A stretch of 64,000 bases of DNA, filler included, from Chlamydiia bacterium (GTDB lineage: Bacteria > Chlamydiota > Chlamydiia > Chlamydiales > FEN-1388): NCBI GenBank assembly GCA_903848235.1. It is 7 parts of 7 records of this genome, joined end to end, with 100 filler letters (N's around TTAATTAATTAA, not from the genome) between each part and the next. Parts side by side here need not be neighbours in the genome. Positions count along the whole stretch, not along the records: positions 59,205 to 61,171 come from CAINFV010000064.1; positions 61,272 to 64,000 come from CAINFV010000068.1; 5 more parts are not named here. The stretch is one strand, 5' to 3'. The translations under genes and the position numbers were made by a program. The notes below the pieces were generated by a model. That model saw nothing but the letters and a program-made list of their open reading frames with translations. It did no database searches and had not been told where the DNA came from. Each line of letters opens with the position of its first letter. The first letter of the stretch is position 1. Below, in pieces: positions 59,205 through 64,000 of the stretch.

Positions 59205-59971
59205 TTCCTCCAGTACTCATCGCCTCTGCTCCTCCATCTACCCCTTCTGCCGCCTTCGTGTCAGACATGACACCACGAAAGTATTTCGACACCCTCGAGA
59301 GGCTGCTCGTCACCAATCCGCCATCACCTGCCGATAGCCCGATCATGGAACAGCTTGCCACTGTCGAAGTCTTCCAAGATAGGGTGCCCGAACGGATGGA
59401 GAGAGACCCTGCGACACAACGTGGTCTTGACCGCTCAGCTCCCGCAGCACTAGAGAAGATCCGCTCTGCCATCCCTTCGACATACAAGATGGTGAATGGC
59501 TGGGAAACGCTCACCACAGAGATTGGAACCTATGGCACGAACTATCTCTTACGAGCCCTTGTTGCCGCAGCAGATCTTGGCATGCCACTTCTTCAAGATG
59601 CCGTCTATCCAGCAACCAGTGTTGACGGTGAGAATCAGCCTTTGAACGGATCACATTCCTATGCACTGCACTTTGCAAAAGGCATGACACCTCCGGTGAA
59701 TGCCTTTTGGTCACTGACGATGTATAACAAAGACCACACTCTCGTTGACAATCCCCTCCAACGCTATTCCTTACAATCAGAGCAGACGCTTCACTACAAC
59801 GCTGATGGATCGCTTGATATTATCATTCAAAAGGATGCGCCGAAAGAGACGCAAGTGAATTGGCTTCCATCTCCAGAAGGAGATTTTACCTTGATCTTAC
59901 GGATGTACTGGCCGAAGCCTGAGGTACTCGACGGCATCTGGTCTCCGCCAGCTGTAACGCGAGCACCATAA
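59205..59971 (+). CDS. DUF1254/DUF1214 family protein, 5'-partial
   Basis: GTYGTNYLLRA, AVYP, PPVNAFWSLTMY, NADGSLDI and NWLP...LRMYWP. Confidence 0.88.
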
Positions 59972-59980
59972 GCGAATGGT

Positions 59981-60008
59981 ACAAAAGGGAGCTTTTAGCT
60001 CCCTTTTG
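59981..60008. terminator. bidirectional intrinsic terminator
   Basis: CAAAAGGGAGC-TTTTA-GCTCCCTTTTG between convergent genes. Confidence 0.8.
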
Positions 60009-60023
60009 CTTCAACATTGACTT

Positions 60024-61052
60024 TCACAAAGTCAATTCTGGCCACGATTTCTCTTCGAATACTTTTATCAGCTGTTGATTATCATCAGCTGTGAAGTATT
60101 CGCAAGAGCCTTCGCAGAACCGAATTTCTGCAATTGCAGGCGCCAAGGGACGATCTATAGAATCCGTCCAGAATGAGATGCGAAAGACAATCTCCTTGAG
60201 GAGTTCTTTGATAATCTCCTCTTGGCTTCTTCTCTTCTGCCAGTACGAAAATGGCTTTTCTTTTTTTGCAACTCGGAGGAATTCAAAGACGCAGTTTGCC
60301 GCCATCTTCCGTGCTTTTTCTAGAGAAAGAGAAGCAGCGCTGCACATCGCCACTTGATACAGCCTGGAGCTGCCTCTATCATTTCCAACGCTGCCTAGCG
60401 TGAGAATGTTTAAGGCATGTCTTCGGCACAGCTTCAGGGCAGTATCAAAAGTAGCTTTTTTCTCTTTGTCAGCTCCATGGGGAAGCTGAGTGATGTATGG
60501 ATATCTGGCATGGAACATCCGTGACGTTCGCTGCACTTTCGGAGCCATGAGTTCTTTGAATACCTTTACTTCCGAAAATGGCTTTCGCTGCACTTCTCTG
60601 CCAAAAAGCGTTTCAATATCGAGTTCGAGTGTTCCTTGTCTTAATGCAGCTGTAGAGACACATTTCTTCGCTTCATTTTCAATCACAGATTTCACAGAAA
60701 GCGTTAAGAAAAAGGTATCAGGGGTGATAGGAAAAGAAGCCAGATATGGACGAATCGTTTTATAAGCGTTGAGGGAGGTGAGCAGTTCGCGATAGATTTC
60801 TACATACAGGTTTTCGAGCTTAATTTCGTTTACCGAGTCCCCTTTCACCTCTACCTGGGCTTCGAGCCAATAGGTAAGGCCATCTTGAAAAAGCGTTGGA
60901 GGGCGCTTGCAGGTCCAACCGTAGTGATTGGCCGCGTGAAGCGCGGTTGCCATGTCGGAATTAAGAGAGGCAGGCCCTTCGACACCACCTCTGGCCAATG
61001 ACGGCACACCCATCAACGCTACGAGGAGCAGACCCAAAACAAGTTGTTTCAT
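60024..61052 (-). CDS. secreted hypothetical protein with two internally similar domains
   Basis: Signal peptide MKQLVLGLLLVALMGVPSLA; halves share a helix-then-strand pattern (IRPYLASFPIT..FFLTLSV / ARKMAANCVFEFL..IVFRISF). Confidence 0.75.
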   Translation of the reverse strand: MKQLVLGLLLVALMGVPSLARGGVEGPASLNSDMATALHAANHYGWTCKRPPTLFQDGLTYWLEAQVEVKGDSVNEIKLENLYVEIYRELLTSLNAYKTIRPYLASFPITPDTFFLTLSVKSVIENEAKKCVSTAALRQGTLELDIETLFGREVQRKPFSEVKVFKELMAPKVQRTSRMFHARYPYITQLPHGADKEKKATFDTALKLCRRHALNILTLGSVGNDRGSSRLYQVAMCSAASLSLEKARKMAANCVFEFLRVAKKEKPFSYWQKRRSQEEIIKELLKEIVFRISFWTDSIDRPLAPAIAEIRFCEGSCEYFTADDNQQLIKVFEEKSWPELTL

Positions 61053-61059
61053 ATATTTT

Positions 61060-61171
61060 TATACCGTCTTTTACTGGACTTTAGCATTTTTTGAGACCGA
61101 TTTCGCAGAGGGTTGTCTCTCAGACGATTGCATTTATCATAGATGGCCTGCCCAGGCCGATCTATGATAAA
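61060..61171. repeat. palindromic MITE-like element family B, copy 2 (opposite orientation, runs into contig end)
   Basis: TATACCGTCTTTTACTGGACTTTAGCATTTTTTG...; centre AGATGGCCTGCCCAGGCCGATCT is the reverse complement of the copy 1 centre. Confidence 0.85.
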
Positions 61172-61271
61172 NNNNNNNNNNNNNNNNNNNNNNNNNNNNN
61201 NNNNNNNNNNNNNNNTTAATTAATTAANNNNNNNNNNNNNNNNNNNNNNNNNNNNNNNNNNNNNNNNNNNN
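61172..61271. other. artificial contig spacer
   Basis: N-run with TTAATTAATTAA. Confidence 0.97.
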
Positions 61272-61664
61272 AGGATCTGGGTCTATATATTCGAACAAAA
61301 CCGGGGGGAATGGAATAGTACCGTTTACCCCAAACGGGATAATGGTTGGCGTTCCAGCCGTTGGATAGATATTGAGAGGGAGATCTACAAATGATAAGGA
61401 TATATAACCACGCTCTTGATCACTTCCAGGATCTCCTTGTGGCCCTTGAAGCCCTGTATCCCCTGGATAGCCGCTAGCGCCACTGGCGCCGCTAGGGCCG
61501 CGATGACCGCGATGACCGCGATGACCGCGAGGCCATTTATGATGGCACTTTTCGATAGTCGTTGTAAATCGCTCTATGAAGAATGGGAGCGGTTGAGTAG
61601 TTTCTCCAATAAGCAAGTTCGATGTAAGAAAACACAAAGCCATGAACAAGCTATGATTTTTCAT
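61272..61664 (-). CDS. collagen-like secreted protein, paralog 2, 3'-partial
   Basis: Signal peptide; GHRGHRGHRGPSGASGASGYPGDTGLQGPQGDPG Gly-X-Y run. Confidence 0.8.
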
Positions 61665-62505
61665 TAGAATCACCACCTTGCTTTCCACCTTTTTGTATTG
61701 AATATCCAACTGGGAGAAGGGCAATGCGATGGGCGGTAACGGATATATCTCTGCTAAGAAGTTCGTCAGGCGTTGTTGGCGTTTTTCCTATAGTTAGGTT
61801 CTTGGTTGCCTCGAGGACTTTAACGCGAAATCTGCCACCGTCAGGAACAGGAATAATAGCTTCCGCAGTGCCGGCAGAAGAAATAAAATCCGGGTCATTG
61901 GGAACAAGGACGGTTGAAAAGACGTTGTATGGCAATGAATCATCCCACCCAAGTCCAATATTAACTTGCGGCTGAAGGCGGAGTAGTAGCAGAGGCTGCG
62001 CTGGATTATCGAGAGCTGCTGCCGCATACATGGAAAATTCGACCATGTACATCCCTCCCCCTCCAGGCAGTATTTCAAGGTACCTCTCTTCTGAAAATGG
62101 ATCTTCAGGATGGGGATCATTGTACCGAACTAAAACGGGGTCAAAGCCGGGAGTATCGCTGATCCCAAATGGGATAATGACGGTGTCGGGGAATTCTCCA
62201 ACGGAAATGTCCATAGCGGGACCTAAATATGATAGGCCTATCCAGGCGGGGGGTAGTCCTTCCCCGTCTTTTCCTTTTTCCCCCTGCGGCCCTTGCGGCC
62301 CTTGAGCTCCTTGAGCTCCAAGCGCCCCTTGATACCCTTGGGGGCCTGGATGGCCACGATGCCCACGCGGCCCTCTATGGTGATGGCTTTTTTCGACGGT
62401 TGTTGCATATTGCTCAGTCACGAATGGAAGCGTTTCTAACGGCGCTCCAACAAGTACGCTCGACGCAAGACAAAAAAAAGCTGAGAACGCGCAAAGACTT
62501 TTCAT
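61651..62505 (-). CDS. collagen-like secreted protein, paralog 1
   Basis: Signal peptide; HHHRGPRGHRGHPGPQGYQGALGAQGAQGPQGPQGEKGKDG; beta-rich C-terminal domain; GGGGAG SD. Confidence 0.85.
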   Translation of the reverse strand: MKSLCAFSAFFCLASSVLVGAPLETLPFVTEQYATTVEKSHHHRGPRGHRGHPGPQGYQGALGAQGAQGPQGPQGEKGKDGEGLPPAWIGLSYLGPAMDISVGEFPDTVIIPFGISDTPGFDPVLVRYNDPHPEDPFSEERYLEILPGGGGMYMVEFSMYAAAALDNPAQPLLLLRLQPQVNIGLGWDDSLPYNVFSTVLVPNDPDFISSAGTAEAIIPVPDGGRFRVKVLEATKNLTIGKTPTTPDELLSRDISVTAHRIALLPVGYSIQKGGKQGGDSNEKS

Positions 62506-62692
62506 AAAACTCCCCTTCGGTTACGTCCCTCATCTTAACCAGGGAATTTCAATTATTCACAACATTAATTTTTATTTTTACCGGTAGCTCGTCACAAACA
62601 TAGAACTTCCGTTGCAAAAAGCACTAGAAATGCCATAGTCTTTAAGATATGAACTATATCTTGATCTCCAGACGAACATATGAGCCTTTTGC

Positions 62693-63451
62693 ATGATAAC
62701 TCCCTTTGTAATCTGTATTCTCGGAGCCGCCCAGAATCCCTTTGTGACAGCTTGGGTCGACTCTGATCTGATTGGAAAGATGATCTTCATAGCCTTGATA
62801 GCGCTATCCCTCATCAGCTGGACGATTATTATCCATAAATGGTGGATCACAAGCCGCGTCAAACAAGAATCCTTTCTCTTTAAGCGCTCTTTCTTCGAAC
62901 AGAAGAACAGCCCTCTCTCTGTGACTTACTCCAGAGTAACCCATGCAGAAACTCCCAATGCCTTTCAGATCGTCTACGAAGTACTCAAAGGAAAAACAGC
63001 AGAGCTCTTCGAGAAAAACCAACGTGGCAAAGAGGAGCATACAGCAGGAAACAAGCAGCCATCTCTTCTTGCCGCCTCTGACATAGCTCTTCTCGAAACA
63101 CATGCCTGCTCTACTATCTCTACAATCACAAAATACTTAGAACGAAATCTCTATCTCCTTTCGACCATCGTCACCTTAGCGCCATTCTTAGGGCTACTAG
63201 GCACTGTCTACGGCATCCTCGTTACCTTTTCCGGATTAGGAGACGGCACCATGGGGTCTAATGCACAGGTTTTAGGAGGGTTGTCATTAGCACTTACCAC
63301 AACGGTCATCGGCCTTTTAAATGCCATCCCAGCTCTCGTTGGCTATAACTACTTGAAGAATAACATCGCTGAGTTCGACCACGAGATGGAGCGGTTTGCC
63401 ACCGAAGTCCTTTCAACCTTAAACATGCACTATAGAACCGTTGAGGTATAG
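62693..63451 (+). CDS. exbB: MotA/TolQ/ExbB proton channel family protein
   Basis: LSTIVTLAPFLGLLGTVYGI and ALTTTVIGL..AIPALVGYNYL. Confidence 0.92.
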   Translation: MITPFVICILGAAQNPFVTAWVDSDLIGKMIFIALIALSLISWTIIIHKWWITSRVKQESFLFKRSFFEQKNSPLSVTYSRVTHAETPNAFQIVYEVLKGKTAELFEKNQRGKEEHTAGNKQPSLLAASDIALLETHACSTISTITKYLERNLYLLSTIVTLAPFLGLLGTVYGILVTFSGLGDGTMGSNAQVLGGLSLALTTTVIGLLNAIPALVGYNYLKNNIAEFDHEMERFATEVLSTLNMHYRTVEV

Positions 63452-63454
63452 GCC

Positions 63455-63880
63455 ATGGGACAGGGTCTTGCACGACGGAGGACAGTAGAACTCCAAGAAC
63501 CTATCATCAACCTCACGCCGCTGATTGACGTGGTGTTCGTGGTATTGATCGCTTTTATCTTAGTCGCTCCTCTCCTCGATCGCGACCAAGTGCAACTAGC
63601 CTCTGGAGCTAATGTCCCATCCCACGTCCCCCTGTCAATGAAAGAAGCCAGCCCCATCCAAATCCATGTTCGTGCGGACAATACTATTCTCTTCGCAGGA
63701 ATGCTAACCTCCATAGATGACCTCCCTCAAAAGCTGTTCACCGCTCGGCAACAGTTCCCACAAGCACATCCGCAGGTATTTCATGATAAGAGAGCTCACT
63801 TTGGAACCTACCAGGCACTGAAAAACTGCCTGGAAAAAGCAGGATTTGACGAAATGGATATCGTGTTATCCCCTTCATAA
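63455..63880 (+). CDS. exbD: ExbD/TolR family protein
   Basis: INLTPLIDVVFVVLIAFILVAP. Confidence 0.92.
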   Translation: MGQGLARRRTVELQEPIINLTPLIDVVFVVLIAFILVAPLLDRDQVQLASGANVPSHVPLSMKEASPIQIHVRADNTILFAGMLTSIDDLPQKLFTARQQFPQAHPQVFHDKRAHFGTYQALKNCLEKAGFDEMDIVLSPS

Positions 63881-63914
63881 GAAAAGGCCATCTGTGTCGG
63901 AACTGCACTGTGAC

Positions 63915-64000
63915 ATGTCGATCAAACAATCGACGCAAAAAGCTTTTGGAATTTCACTTTCACTGCACGTACTCTTCATCTCTTTTTTTATCGCTTCCGC
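63915..64000 (+). CDS. TonB/TolA-like protein N-terminus, 3'-partial
   Basis: MSIKQSTQKAFGISLSLHVLFISFLSLP has the S-x3-H TM motif; follows exbBD. Confidence 0.6.
   Translation, partial: MSIKQSTQKAFGISLSLHVLFISFFIAS

Overview
This 64 kb window joins seven draft-assembly contigs with artificial 100-bp spacers (N-runs around TTAATTAATTAA) at 12297-12396, 34555-34654, 50669-50768, 57038-57137, 59105-59204 and 61172-61271. Adjacency across spacers is therefore not biological. Six contigs look like an environmental member of Chlamydiota. Supporting genes are a fused glyQS, a V-type ATPase E-(DUF2764)-A-B-D cluster, rplY-pth-rpsF-rpsR-rplI, dsbD-tatD-sdhCAB, uvrC beside an Asp23-like gene, zinc-free rpsN/rpmJ and exbB-exbD. 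Accessory content includes ADP-heptose genes (hldD, hldE), two toxin-antitoxin loci, effector-like hypotheticals, an RHS protein, collagen-like proteins, a decayed IS607, a group II intron RT fragment and long palindromic MITE-like repeats. The contig at 57138-59104 looks phage-derived. Most notable: (1) an unannotated 40-aa leader peptide ending in an Asn/Gln run, whose last codons form a terminator just upstream of an AGCS amino-acid symporter (candidate Asn/Gln attenuator); (2) a ~1700-aa signal-less protein with two tandem OppA domains; (3) an effector-like protein with Cys-His-Gln spacing like Cif deamidases; (4) covarying ~160-180 bp palindromic elements; (5) a candidate large structured RNA upstream of rplY. 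All family calls come from reading motifs by eye; no searches were run.
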